Assembly (NCBI GenBank): GCA_964016885.1
Contig: OZ024765.1
Coordinates: forward strand, 11,284,001-11,348,000
Origin: Eledone cirrhosa
Taxonomy: Eukaryota
Reading direction: 5' to 3'
Length of the DNA stretch: 64,000 nt
Part shown: one piece after another, positions 25,070 through 38,960 of the stretch
Layout of the letters: each line of letters opens with the position of its first letter
Numbering within the stretch: the first letter of the stretch is position 1
Notes under the pieces: model-generated
What the model saw: the letters and a program-made list of their open reading frames with translations, nothing else
Told to the model about the DNA's origin: nothing
The model's database searches: none
Position numbers and translations under genes: made by a program

Positions 25070-28000
25070 ATCATCATCATCATCATCATCATAACCATCA
25101 CCGTTTAATGTCCATTTTCCATGCTAGCATGGAGGTTTGATGTGTTGTGGCCATTGTGAGACAAGCAAGGTCAGATCAGATGACCATGTCTTTCTCATAC
25201 AGAACTGATTTGGGCTTGGTTTCTCTGGCTAGATGCCCGTCCTAATGCCAAACACATTTAGAGTGTGTGCTGGCTGTTTTTTTTGTTGTGACGCCTACAA
25301 GATCACTTTACAGTGTGGACTGAGTACTTTTTGTCATGACACCTACATGATCACTTTACAGTGTGGACTGAGTACTTTTTGTCATGACACCTACATGATC
25401 ACTTTACAGTGTGGACTGAGTACTTTTTGTCATGACACCTACAAGATCACTTTACAGTGTGGACTGAGTACTTTTTTGTCATGACACCTACACGATCACT
25501 TTACAGTGTGGACTGAGTACTTTTTGTCATGACACCTACACGATCACTTTACAGTGTGGGCTGGGTGCTTTTTGTCATGACACCTACACGATCACTTTAC
25601 AGTGTGGACTGAGTACTTTTTTGTCATGACACCTACACGATCACTTTACAGTGTGGACTGAGTACTTTTTGTCATGACACCTACACGATCACTTTACAGT
25701 GTGGACTGAGTACTTTTTGTCATGACGCCTACAAGATCACTTTACAGTGTGGACTGAGTACTTTTTTGTCATGACACCTACACGATCACTTTACAGTGTG
25801 GACTGAGTACTTTTTGTCATGACACCTACAAGATCACTTTACAGTGTGGACTGAGTACTTTTTGTCATGACACCTACAAGATCACTTTACAGTATGGACT
25901 GAGTACTTTTTGTCATGACACCTACACGATCACTTTACAGTGTGGGCTGGGTGCTTTTTGTCGTGACACCTACACGATCACTTTACAGTGTGGACTGAGT
26001 ACTTTTTGTCATGACACCTACACGATCACTTTACAGTGTGGACTGAGTACTTTTTGTCATGACACCTACACGATCACTTTACAGTGTGGACTGAGTACTT
26101 TTTTGTCATGACACCTACACGATCACTTTACAGTGTGGACTGAGTACTTTTTTGTCATGACACCTACACGATCACTTTACAGTGTGGACTGAGTACTTTT
26201 TTGTCATGACACCTACACGATCACTTTACAGTGTGGACTGAGTACTTTTTTGTCATGACACCTACACGATCACTTTACAGTGTGGACTGAGTACTTTTTG
26301 TCATGACACCTACACGATCACTTTACAGTGTGGACTGAGTACTTTTTTGTCATGACACCTACACGATCACTTTACAGTGTGGGCTGGGTGCTTTTTGTCG
26401 TGACACCTACACGATCACTTTACAGTGTGGACTGAGTACTTTTTGTCATGACACCTACACGATCACTTTACAGTGTGGACTGAGTACTTTTTGTCATGAC
26501 ACCTACACGATCACTTTACAGTGTGGACTGAGTACTTTTTGTCATGACACCTACACGATCACTTTACAGTGTGGACTGAGTACTTTTTGTCATGACGCCT
26601 ACAAGATCACTTTACAGTGTGGACTGAGTACTTTTTTGTCATGACACCTACACGATCACTTTACAGTGTGGACTGAGTACTTTTTGTCATGACACCTACA
26701 AGATCACTTTACAGTGTGGACTGAGTACTTTTTGTCATGACACCTACAAGATCACTTTACAGTATGGACTGAGTACTTTTTGTCATGACACCTACACGAT
26801 CACTTTACAGTGTGGGCTGGGTGCTTTTTGTCGTGACACCTACACGATCACTTTACAGTGTGGACTGAGTACTTTTTGTCATGACACCTACACGATCACT
26901 TTACAGTGTGGACTGAGTACTTTTTGTCATGACACCTACACGATCACTTTACAGTGTGGACTGAGTACTTTTTTGTCATGACACCTACACGATCACTTTA
27001 CAGTGTGGACTGAGTACTTTTTTGTCATGACACCTACACGATCACTTTACAGTGTGGACTGAGTACTTTTTTGTCATGACACCTACACGATCACTTTACA
27101 GTGTGGACTGAGTACTTTTTTGTCATGACACCTACACGATCACTTTACAGTGTGGACTGAGTACTTTTTGTCATGACACCTACACGATCACTTTACAGTG
27201 TGGACTGAGTACTTTTTGTCATGACACCTACACGATCACTTTACAGTGTGGACTGAGTACTTTTTGTCATGACGCCTACAAGATCACTTTACAGTGTGGA
27301 CTGAGTACTTTTTTGTCATGACACCTACACGATCACTTTACAGTGTGGACTGAGTACTTTTTGTCATGACACCTACAAGATCACTTTACAGTGTGGACTG
27401 AGTACTTTTTGTCATGACACCTACAAGATCACTTTACAGTATGGACTGAGTACTTTTTGTCATGACACCTACACGATCACTTTACAGTGTGGGCTGGGTG
27501 CTTTTTGTCGTGACACCTACACGATCACTTTACAGTGTGGACTGAGTACTTTTTGTCGTGACACCTACACGATCACTTTACAGTGTGGACTGAGTACTTT
27601 TTGTCATGACACCTACACGATCACTTTACAGTGTGGACTGAGTACTTTTTTGTCATGACACCTACACGATCACTTTACAGTGTGGACTGAGTACTTTTTT
27701 GTCATGACACCTACACGATCACTTTACAGTGTGGACTGAGTACTTTTTTGTCATGACACCTACACGATCACTTTACAGTGTGGACTGAGTACTTTTTTGT
27801 CATGACACCTACACGATCACTTTACAGTGTGGACTGAGTACTTTTTGTCATGACACCTACACGATCACTTTACAGTGTGGACTGAGTACTTTTTTGTCAT
27901 GACACCTACACGATCACTTTACAGTGTGGGCTGGGTGCTTTTTGTCGTGACACCTACACGATCACTTTACAGTGTGGACTGAGTACTTTTTGTCATGACA

Positions 28001-29000
28001 CCTACACGATCACTTTACAGTGTGGACTGAGTACTTTTTGTCATGACACCTACACGATCACTTTACAGTGCGGACTGAGTACTTTTTGTCATGACACCTA
28101 CACGATCACTTTACAGTGTGGACTGAGTACTTTTTGTCATGACGCCTACAAGATCACTTTACAGTGTGGACTGAGTACTTTTTTGTCATGACACCTACAC
28201 GATCACTTTACAGTGTGGACTGAGTACTTTTTGTCATGACACCTACACGATCACTTTACAGTGTGGACTGAGTACTTTTTGTCATGACACCTACAAGATC
28301 ACTTTACAGTATGGACTGAGTACTTTTTGTCATGACACCTACACGATCACTTTACAGTGTGGGCTGGGTGCTTTTTGTCGTGACACCTACACGATCACTT
28401 TACAGTGTGGACTGAGTACTTTTTGTCATGACACCTACACGATCACTTTACAGTGTGGACTGAGTACTTTTTGTCATGACACCTACACGATCACTTTACA
28501 GTGTGGACTGAGTACTTTTTTGTCATGACACCTACACGATCACTTTACAGTGTGGACTGAGTACTTTTTTGTCATGACACCTACACGATCACTTTACAGT
28601 GTGGACTGAGTACTTTTTTGTCATGACACCTACACGATCACTTTACAGTGTGGACTGAGTACTTTTTTGTCATGACACCTACACGATCACTTTACAGTGT
28701 GGACTGAGTACTTTTTGTCATGACACCTACACGATCACTTTACAGTGTGGACTGAGTACTTTTTGTCATGACACCTACACGATCACTTTACAGTGTAGAC
28801 TGAGTACTTTTTGTCATGACACCTACACGATCACTTTACAGTGTGGACTGAGTACTTTTTTGTCATGACACCTACACGATCACTTTACAGTGTGGACTGA
28901 GTACTTTTTGTCATGACACCTACACGATCACTTTACAGTGTGGACTGAGTACTTTTTGTCATGACACCTACACGATCACTTTACAGTGTGGACTGAGTAC
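25070..29000 (-). repeat. 48/49-bp satellite (~77 copies, 25287-29000) attached to an RTE 3' tail
   Basis: Unit GTCATGACACCTACACGATCACTTTACAGTGTGGACTGAGTACTTTTT(T); left flank is the reverse complement of the RTE tail with (TCA)n. Confidence 0.95.
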
Positions 29001-29120
29001 TACTCTAAGTATTGAGTACTCTGGTGCGTTATGGTCCATTTGGTTCCTTACCACAACTCCTTCATTATATATATATATATATTCATACATGCATGCACAT
29101 ACATGCATTGCACAATACGG

Positions 29121-29150
<30 letters not shown>

Positions 29151-29151
<1 letters not shown>

Positions 29152-29348
29152 ATGGGAAAAAGTATGACCCCGACGGCAGAGCTCAAGCCGTTTCGACGGC
29201 TATTTCTGGACTCCAGAAATAGCCATTGAAACGGCTTGAGCTCTGCCGTCGAGGTCATACTTTTTCCGATTTCCCACTCTACTACCCTAAGTATTGAGTA
29301 CTCTGGTGCGTTATGGTCCATTTGGTTCCTTACCACAATTCCTTTGTT
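29151..29348 (+). mobile_element. Family E short fold-back element in (TA)n
   Basis: Palindrome 29155-29267 plus a unique extension; other copies at 17157-17250, 29001-29067, 30702-30843(-), 61634-61828. Confidence 0.8.
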
Positions 29349-29668
29349 ATATATATATATATCAGGGAAAGCCTACATTAAATGTTGACAACAACAACGA
29401 TGATGATGATATGTAAATATGACAATTACATCCCTCATAACCTCACCCAACCTCAATATCAAGGTAAATTAATTCAATAAACATAAACTAACCATGACCC
29501 ACCAAATGAAATATAATTACTCACCTATTAATACCACGTTTAACACAATTAACTAATGCTCTTAAACTAACCACTGACTATGTAATACCCTTATTAACAA
29601 ACAAAACAGTGCAGATAAATTTAGAACATATTAATACACAAAAACTATTATACTTTCCACAACAAAAC

Positions 29669-29898
29669 AATGTCACTGGATCAAGATCTTTGGCGCTATT
29701 CAGTTGGACAGAAGACCTGCCTTCCCTTGCGTCTGAATTTAAACCTACAGTCAGTAGGCCCCTCTTAACTCAATGTACACCCCCACCTCACACACCCTAC
29801 TCCATCCTCCCATTTCCGTCCACTGTAAAAGGGGTTGTGTTGGTGACACAACAAAAAGCACCCAGTTAAGTGGAACATGGATGATGATGATGATGATG

Positions 29899-29900
<2 letters not shown>
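29669..29900 (+). mobile_element. Degenerate RTE family 2 3' fragment
   Basis: TGTCACTGGATCAAGATCTTTGGCG..CCTACAGTCAGTAGGC similar to 10340-10435; (TGA)n tail. Confidence 0.65.
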
Positions 29901-29943
<43 letters not shown>

Positions 29944-30671
29944 ATCATACATACACGTTTGTGTGTGAAAAAAGAGACAGACACACACACACATATATAT
30001 ATATATATGTATATTTAAATACATACACACACACTCATACATATATGTATGTATGTATGTATGGGTGTGTGGAAAGAGAGATACAGATGGACAGATAAAC
30101 AGCCAGCTATATATATATATACATACATTTGTATATATGAAAGACGTAAAATAAGAAAATTATTAAAATTAACTTACTAAAATTTTCACTCCAACTAATT
30201 AGTTTCTGTAAGGGAATAAATATAGTTATGCAACGCAACCATAGAGAAATCCCTACGTCATCAGGGAGTCTATTCTCAGCTAAGTTCCCAGGCAATGCGT
30301 GGACACAAGGAACTCATATAAAAATAATTCAGTGGATGGAAAAAAGCGAGCGTCTTTCATATAATTGTTCTGCATCCCCTTGATGTTGATCTTTTCTTCT
30401 TTTCGGGTTATAGCTACTGTCACTCAGTGCACAGTATTTCCTCACTTTAAAAAATATCTTCACGCACAGGCATTGTACGATGGAATTAATAATTATTGAT
30501 AATGGTATATCGTGCAATGGCCATACTTGATAACGAGGGGGCAGCCATCATCATGTATATATGTATGGATGGATGTATGTAAATATATATGTATGTATGT
30601 ATATATATATATAAGTACATGTGGATGCATGTGTAAATATATATATGTATGCATATATATGTATGTATGTA

Positions 30672-30703
<32 letters not shown>

Positions 30704-30842
30704 ATGGAAGAAATGTGGTAAGGAACCAGGTGGACCATAACGCACCAAAGTACTCAATACTTAGGGTAGTAGAGTGGGTAATAGGAACGAGTATGACCCC
30801 GACGGCTGAGCTCAAGCCGTTTCGACAGCTAATTCTGGACTC

Positions 30843-30960
<118 letters not shown>

Positions 30961-31501
30961 ATGTGTTAGACATATCAGCTTTACATATTTAAACAAATCA
31001 TCAATGTTTGTTCATTTAACATCATTGGTTATTGATGAGATCTAATAAATCATCTCTCACACACACATATATATACACATATATATACACATATATATAT
31101 ATACACATATATATATATATATACATATATACACACACATATATATATATGTATGTATATATATATATACATATATATACACACACATATATATGTATGT
31201 ATATATATATGTATATATATATATACATATATATACACACACATATATGTATGTATATATATATACATATATATATATACATATATATATATATACATAT
31301 ATATATACATACATATATATATATATACACATGTATATATACATATATATACACACATATATATATGTATATATATATATACACATATATATACACACAT
31401 ATATATGTATGTATAAATATATATATATATATACATATATACACATATATATATATACACATGTATATATACATATATATACACACATATATATATGTAT
31501 G

Positions 31502-31535
<34 letters not shown>

Positions 31536-31719
31536 TATAGACACACACACACACACATACTCACACACATACATACGCACACACTCCGTCAACCTCTTTC
31601 TCTCTCTCCCTCTCCTTCATACAAACACACTCTCTCTGTCAACCCCATGATCGTCTCCTCTCCATCACACCCACTCTCTCTCCATTTATCTCTGTCACTT
31701 TCATCTCTTCTAGTTGATT

Positions 31720-32180
31720 ATAACTAATGTACAGCGAGGCTCTCCTGCCCTGACCAACCCCCACCATAACTAATGTACAGCGAGGCTCTCCCGCCCTGAC
31801 CAACCCCCACCATAACTAATGTACAGCGAGGCTCTCCCGCCCTGACCAACCCCCACCATAACTAATGTACAGCGAGGCTCTCCTGCCCTGACCAACCCCC
31901 ACCATAACTAATGTACAGCGAGGCTCTCCCGCCCTGACCAACCCCCACCATAACTAATGTACAGCGAGGCTCTCCCGCCCTGACCAACCCCCACCATAAC
32001 TAATGTACAGCGAGGCTCTCCTGCCCTGACCAACCCCCACCATAACTAATGTACAGCGAGGCTCTCCCGCCCTGACCAACCCCCACCATAACTAATATAC
32101 AGCGAGGCTCTCCCGCCCTGACCAACCCCCACCATAACTAATGTACAGCGAGGCTCTCCCGCCCTGACCAACCCCCACCA
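31720..32180. repeat. 46-bp minisatellite, 10 copies
   Basis: Unit TAACTAATGTACAGCGAGGCTCTCCYGCCCTGACCAACCCCCACCA. Confidence 0.95.
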
Positions 32181-32242
32181 GTTACGAAGTTCGTTATCGT
32201 TAAACAACTCTATCAAAGAATAATTAAATCCTCTAACTCTGC

Positions 32243-32825
32243 CTCCTTAACATCTCTCTCTCTCTCTCCTCCTTCTCCTCATGCTCCCCCCCCCCCCCTT
32301 AACGTCTCTCTCTCTCTCTCTCCTCTTTCACAGGATCCCCCTCCTTAACATCTCTCTCTCTCTCCCCTCCTTCACATGCTCCCCCTCCTTAACATCTCTC
32401 TCTCTCTCCTCCTTCTCCTCACGCACCCCCTCCTTAACGTCTCTCTCTCTCTCCTCCTTCACAGGATCCCCCTCTTTAACATCTCTCTCTCTCTCCTCCT
32501 TCTCCTCATGCTCCACCTCCTTAACATCTCTCTCTCTCTCTCTCCTCCTCATGCTCCCCCTCCTTAACATCTCTCTCTCTCTCCTTCTTCTCAGGCTCCC
32601 CCTCTTTAACATCTCTCTCTCTCTCTCTCCTCCTTCTCCTCACGCACCCCCTCTTTAACATCTCTCTCTCTCTCCTCCTCATGCTCCCCCTCCTTAACAT
32701 CTCTCTCTCTCTCCTTCTTCTCAGGCTCCCCCTCCTTAACATCTCTCTCTCTCTCCTTCTTCTCAGGCTCCCCCTCCTTAACATTTCTCTCCTCCTCCTT
32801 CTCATGCTCCCCCTCCCCCCCCCCT
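32243..32825. repeat. CT-rich minisatellite
   Basis: Recurring CCCCTCCTTAACATCTCTCTC units. Confidence 0.9.
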
Positions 32826-32843
32826 CACTGTTATAAACACAGA

Positions 32844-33033
32844 CTTGGCCCCAGGACCACCTCCCTACTCGCCACCATCGGTACGGAGTTGGCTACCCGC
32901 AGGTTTGAGCCCCCGCGAGCTGAAACGGCTCTTCCAAAGCGTCTCCTTCACCATCCTCCGGGGAAACCCCTTCTCTATTTCCTCTCTGCTGGGACCACAG
33001 GGTGGCCGGAGCGTGGGGTCCCATTTGCATATA
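32844..33033 (+). mobile_element. CRE-clade-like non-LTR 3' fragment (frameshifted)
   Basis: GPRTTSLLATIGTELATRRFEP/RELKRLFQSVSFTILRGNPFSI resembles the CRE C-terminal motif EPRE..LFQRLS.AI.RGNA.SI. Confidence 0.65.
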
Positions 33034-33212
33034 ATAATTGTTTCTACTTTTGGCACAAGGCCAGCAATTACCCCCAGTGCATTACTGGTACTTTATTTTA
33101 TCGACCCCCGTAAGGATGAAAGGCAAAGTCAACCTCGGCGGGATTTGAACTCAGACCGTAAAGGGACGTAACTCTATGCTGGAAAACATGGCGTCCAACC
33201 ATCTACCGATGC
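33034..33212 (-). mobile_element. Family A SINE
   Basis: Reverse complement of the 1301-1490 body. Confidence 0.88.
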
Positions 33213-33305
33213 TGGAGAGCGAGAGAGACTATGGCAGTGAGTGAAAGGGGGGAAACATCAATGCACACATGCTCTGTCAACCAGGACCACAGGGTGGCCA
33301 GCACC

Positions 33306-34303
33306 CTGTTTTTACTTTTGGCACAAGGCCAGCAATTATCCCAGCGCATTACTGGTACTTTATTTTATCGACCCCCGTAAGGATGAAAGGCAAAGTTAAC
33401 CTCGGTTGGATTTGAACTCAAACCTTAAAGGGGCATAAATCTATGCTGGAAAGCATGGCGTCTGACCCTCCACCGATACTGCCAATCCACCGCCCTAGCA
33501 TGGCGTCTGACCCTCCACCGATACTGCCAATCTACCACCCTAGCATGGCGTCTGACCCTCCACCGATACTGCCAATCCACCGCCCTAACATGGCGTCTGA
33601 CCCTCCACCGATACTGCCAATCCACCGCCCTAGCATGGCGTCTGACCCTCCACCGATACTGCCAATCCACCGCCCTAGCATGGCGTCTGACCCTCCACCG
33701 ATACTGCCAATCCACCGCCCTAGCATGGCGTCTGACCCTCCACCGATACTGCCAATCCACCGCCCTAGCATGGCGTCTGACCCTCCACCGATACTGCCAA
33801 TCCACCGCCCTAGCATGGCGTCTGACCCTCCACCGATTCTGCCAATCCACCGCCCTAGCATGGCGTCTGACCCTCCACCGATACTGCCAATCCACCGCCC
33901 TAGCATGGCGTCTGACCCTCCACCGATACTGCCAATCCACCGCCCTAGCATGGCGTCTGACCCTACACCGATACTGCCAATCCACCGCCCTAGCATGGCG
34001 TCTGACCCTCCACCGATACTGCCAATCCACCGCCCTAGCATGGCGTCCGACGCTCTACCGATACTGCCAATCCACCGCCCTAGCATGGTGTCTGACCCTC
34101 CACCGATACTGCCAATCCACCGCCCTAGCATGGCGTCTGACCCTCCACCGATACTGCCAATCCACCGCCCTAGCATGGCGTCTGACCCTCCACCGATACT
34201 GCCAATCCACCGCCCTAGCATGGCGTCTGACCCTCCACCGATACTGCCAATCCACCACCCTAGCATGGCGTCTGACCCTCCACCGATACTGCCAATCTGC
34301 CGT
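33306..34303 (-). mobile_element. Family A SINE whose 45-bp 5' head is tandemly repeated ~19 times (33452-34300)
   Basis: Unit AGCATGGCGTCTGACCCTCCACCGATACTGCCAATCCACCGCCCT is the reverse complement of the SINE 5' end. Confidence 0.92.
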
Positions 34304-34463
34304 CCTCATTTTCATATAATAGAGAGAGATGGGGAAAGTGAGAGAGCCGGAGGTAGTGAGTGAAAGGGAGAGAACATCAATGCCCACAGGCACTTGATAA
34401 GACAAAGAAAGTTGAGAAGAAGTTAACTCGTTGAGTTACATTCACACACACATATCTTTACAG

Positions 34464-34863
34464 CAGTGGTTCCCAGATTGGGTTCCACAAAGGAGTGTCT
34501 GGGTTTCTGTGAAGAAAAGGTAGAGGAATATATTTATATTGCAACCATATAACAGTATTAGAATTTAGGGTTCCCCCAAAAGTTTCTGAACAAAAAAGGG
34601 TTCCACAAAGGAGTGTTTGGGCTTCTGTGAAGAAATGGTAGAAGAATATATTTATATTGCAACCATATAGCAGTATTAGAATTTAGGGTTCCCCCAAAAG
34701 TTTCTGAACAAAAAAGGGTTCCACAAAGGAGTGTCTGAGTTTCTGTGAAAAAAGATAGAAGAATATATTTATATATATATTACGACCATATAACAGACTT
34801 TAGGGGCCCCCAAAAGTTTCTGAACAAAAAGGGTTCCACATTTGAAAAGGTTTGAGGAACCTG
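34464..34863. mobile_element. hAT (Charlie-like) MITE with internal 118-bp triplication
   Basis: CAGTGGTTCCC...GGAACCTG termini; 8-bp TSD CTTTACAG/CTTTAAAG. Confidence 0.75.
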
Positions 34864-35479
34864 CTTTAAAGACATAATTCTTATTCAGTCTTGAATGCCA
34901 GCATCCCACTAACACCACCACCAACAACAACAATAACACTAACACCACCAACAACACCAACACCACTACCATCACCACCATTATCTCCACAAACACCACC
35001 ACCACAAATACCACTGTCAACACCAGCACTACTGCCACCACCATCACCAATACTACCACCAAGACAACCACCACCAACACCATTACCATCACAAACACTG
35101 CCACCACATATACACCAACACTAAATAGAAATTTAGCCAAAAACGATTACAATTTTTTTTAAATTGATAACCACTAGTGCCCGTTCCGACTTTGATGAAT
35201 ATGATTTTTATATGTTTGACAAGTTATTTTTATCTCTGGGGGAATAATTTTCATTTCACAATTTAATTTCCATTGCTAATAGGAATATGCATGAAGAATA
35301 TTCAATTTTAGAGTTATATTTGTTAAATAGCAATGTTGTAATAACCCACAGAAGTGAAAAATACTTATTATACAAACGATCAGAGCTTCATAAATACAAT
35401 TCTTTTGGTTTAAATACCATAAATTATTTGTTTAACCCCAATAAAACCAATTGACAAGGGATAGCACATAGTTCTATGA

Positions 35480-35910
35480 TACATAACTTATCTTTCATTT
35501 TTAAAAGTTTCCATATTTTAAACTGAATCTTTCCATCCTGGGATAAATACGTTTTGTTAAATATTAGTTTAATAATGACAAAATAATTGATTATTTACCT
35601 CTCATTGCACATTCTATCTCTCATTTAAAAAAAATGTCCATATTTTAAGCTCAATTTTCCATAATATAGTAAGAACTTAGCCTTTCATAGAATAATCTAA
35701 CTCTCATTTTTAAAAGTGTTCATGTGAAACTGAATTTTTCCGTTATATAATGAATACTTTTTGTTAAATATTAGTTTAATATTGACAAAATATTTCATTG
35801 CTTAATCCATCTTTCATTTTTAAAAACGTTGATATTTTAAACTAAATTTTTTCATCATAAAGTAATTTTTGTTAGATACTAGCTCAATATCGACAAAATG
35901 ATTAAATATT
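35480..35910. repeat. Diverged AT-rich repeat, reverse-related to the 219-bp array at 53.7-54.4 kb
   Basis: AAAATGTCCATATTTTAAGCTCAATTTTCCAT is the reverse complement of part of that unit. Confidence 0.75.
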
Positions 35911-36121
35911 TAACCCTTTCATTACCATAATTTTAATAATAAAAAAGAAGAAACATTGCTCATGATTTTGAAATAATTAATTTGAGGTGCCACGGCAAAA
36001 AAAGCACCCAGCACTCACTGTAAATGAGGTTGGTGTTAGGAAGGGCATCCAGCTGTAGAAATCAAGCCAGAAAAAGTTCCCATCCCACCCTTGCAAGCAG
36101 GGAAAAGTGGACGTAAAATGA

Positions 36122-36171
<50 letters not shown>

Positions 36172-36251
36172 TGTATATATGTATGTGTATATATATGTGT
36201 GTGTGTGTGTGTGTATATACATAGGTATGTATGTGTATATACATAGGTATG

Positions 36252-36316
<65 letters not shown>

Positions 36317-36589
36317 GTGTATATATATATATGTATATGTGTATATATATATATATATATGTGTATATATATATATATGTCTGTGTGTGTGTGTATGTAT
36401 GTGTATATATATATGTATATGTGTGTGTGTATATATGCGTGTGTGTGTATATATATGTTCATATGTAAGAGTGTGTATGTGTAAGTTCAGTGGTTCCACT
36501 GTTAAATGGAATGTGTTATTTTACAACTCTAATTAAATATGGGGAGTAATTAGTTGTTCTGAGATTTGTGATAAGACATGGGGGGAGGG

Positions 36590-37844
36590 GGGGTGATGGA
36601 GGAGAGGAGGGCTTTGTATGTGGTGGTAGTAGTATTGGTTGTAGTGCTAGTGGTAGTAGTAGTAGTATTGGTTGTAGTGAGATAGTAGTATTGGTTGTAG
36701 TGCTAGTGGTAGTAGTAGTAGTTGTAGTGGTTGTAGTATTGGTTATAGTGCAAGTAGTAGTAGTAGTAGTAGTAGTAGTACTGGTTGTAGTGGGATGGTA
36801 GTAGTGGTTGTAGTATTGGTTGTAGTGGGGGGGGGGGGGGGTAGCAGTGGTAGCAGTAGTGTTGGTTGTGGTGGTGGTAGTTGAGGTGATAGTGGTGGGG
36901 TAGTAGTAGTAGTTGTCAGTAGCAAGTCAGTTCATGGGGGAAACTGTTGTTGATGATGATGATGATGATGGTGGTTATGGTAACGATAGCTGTGATTGTG
37001 ATGATGATGTTGAAGATGGTGATGTTGACGGTGATGATGATGGTGGTGGTGAAGGTGATAGTAATTGTGATGGTGATGATGGTGATGGTGTTTATAATGA
37101 TGATGGTGATGGTGTTTATAACGATGATGATGATGATGGTGATGGCGGTGGTTGTGGTTATAATGATGACGACTGGGACGATGGTGATGTTGATGATGAT
37201 GATGATGATGGTGGTGATGGTTGTGGTGATGGTAGTGATGATGGTGATGGTGATGGTGTTTATAACGATGATGGTGATGGCGGTGGTTATAATGATGACG
37301 ACTGGGACGATGATGATGATGATGATGATGATGATGGTGGTGGTGATGGTAGTGATGATGGTGGTGATGGTTGTGGTGATGGTAGTGATGATGGTGATGG
37401 TGATGGTGTTTATAATGATGATGGTGATGGCGGTGGTTATAATGATGACGACTGGGACGATGGTGATGTTGATGACGATGATGATGATGATGATGATGAT
37501 GGTGATGGTTGTGGTGATGGTAGTGATGATGGTGATGGTGATGGTGTTTATAACGATGATGGTGATGATGATGGTGATGGCGGTGGTTATAATGATGACG
37601 ACTGGGACGATGATGATGATGATGATGTTGATGATGATGGTGGTGGTGGTGATGGGAGTGATGATGGTGATGATGATGATGATGATGATGATGGTGGTGA
37701 TGGTTGTGGTGATGGTAGTGATGATGGTGATGATGATGATGTTGATGATGATGGTGGTGGTGGTGATGGTAGTGATGATGGTGATGATGATGATGATGAT
37801 GGTGGTGATGGTAGTGATGATGGTGATGGTGATGGTCTTTATAA

Positions 37845-37878
<34 letters not shown>

Positions 37879-37915
37879 GGTGATGGTTGTGATGATGGTA
37901 GTGATGATGATGATG
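36590..37915. repeat. Degenerate (GTA)/(GAT)/(GGT) trinucleotide region with longer sub-repeats
   Basis: Recurring GGTGTTTATAAYGATGAT and GACGACTGGGACGAT motifs. Confidence 0.9.
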
Positions 37916-38106
37916 CTACAACAAATTGATTGGATTTGGGGGGGGGGGGTCAGTTAAGTTCGTTCTTTCTTGGAAACACCCTGGCATTTTCCAGGTTTTT
38001 ATTAAAATCTGTAGTCATGTAGCAGGCAGTGAATTGTCAGTCATTAAAATGTCAGATAGAAAACACAATAGTCCTTCTTCCATCTCTCTTTACCCTCCGT
38101 GTTTAA

Positions 38107-38674
38107 CCCTTTGCCATTTAAACCAGCCATATCCAGCCAGAATTCTTTCACCTATTTCTGTTCAAACTGGCTGCTAGCGGCCGCTCATACTGATGTTAAG
38201 GTATGGTACGCAAAATAAAGAATATCAAAGTCCCATAGATCTGATATTATGTGAGATATTATGTGAGGTAAAGCCTTTACCATGAAAATACAATAGTATA
38301 TATAGAGTAGTGTAAATGTTATGTGTGGTAAAGCCTTTACCATGAAAATGTAATAGTATATATAGAGTAATGTAAATGTTATGTGAGATATTATGTAAGG
38401 TAAAGCCTTTACCATGAAAATACAATAGTATATATAGAGTAATGTAAATGTTATGTGAGATATTATGTAAGGTAAAGCCTTTACCATGAAAATACAATAG
38501 TATATATAGAGTAATGTAAATGTTATGTGAGATATTATGTGAGATAAAGCCTTTACCATGAAAATACAATATTATATATAGAGTAATGTAAATGTTATGT
38601 GAGATATTATGTGAGGTAAAGCCTTTACCATGAAAATACAAAACTAAATATAGAGTAATGTAAATGCTAAAGGG
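38107..38674 (+). mobile_element. piggyBac-like MITE with internal ~72-bp tandem expansion
   Basis: TTAA|CCCTTTGCCATTT...AAATGCTAAAGGG|TTAA. Confidence 0.85.
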
Positions 38675-38960
38675 TTAAATTTCTCCAGGGTCATCTTATT
38701 GTGGTAAAAAGAAGCGTACCAGTACATTGCTGGGGTTAATAATAATGAAATTATTGTGTACAGTGCTCAGGTGCACTACAACTTATCAAAGGTGCATGTA
38801 TAGTACATAGAATAATGTACAAATGTCAGGAAAGTGAACAGTTTTTGAGTCATGATATACACACAGATACACTATATATATATATATGTAAAAGGTAAAC
38901 AGAAAAAACACAATTAGTACACTATATATTAGGTTAACGCTTGAAATAGCAGGAAGAGGG

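Noticed and set aside
25287-29000. CRISPR-like periodicity
   Set aside because: No unique spacers, no cas genes, eukaryotic context; it is a head-to-tail satellite.
30225-30270. CTGATGA plus hairpin on the minus strand (also CTGATGA at 17911 and in the 93-bp units, CTGAAGA near 12583)
   Set aside because: No correctly placed GAAA/UH or helix I.
32181-32200. loxP-like TACGAAGTT next to the 46-bp array
   Set aside because: Only a short chance match; no paired 13-bp arms.
33443-34363. 306-aa Pro-rich repeat ORF (also the 308/310-aa ORFs at 39.6-40.5 kb)
   Set aside because: Unit lengths 45 and 93 are multiples of 3 and derive from SINE sequence.
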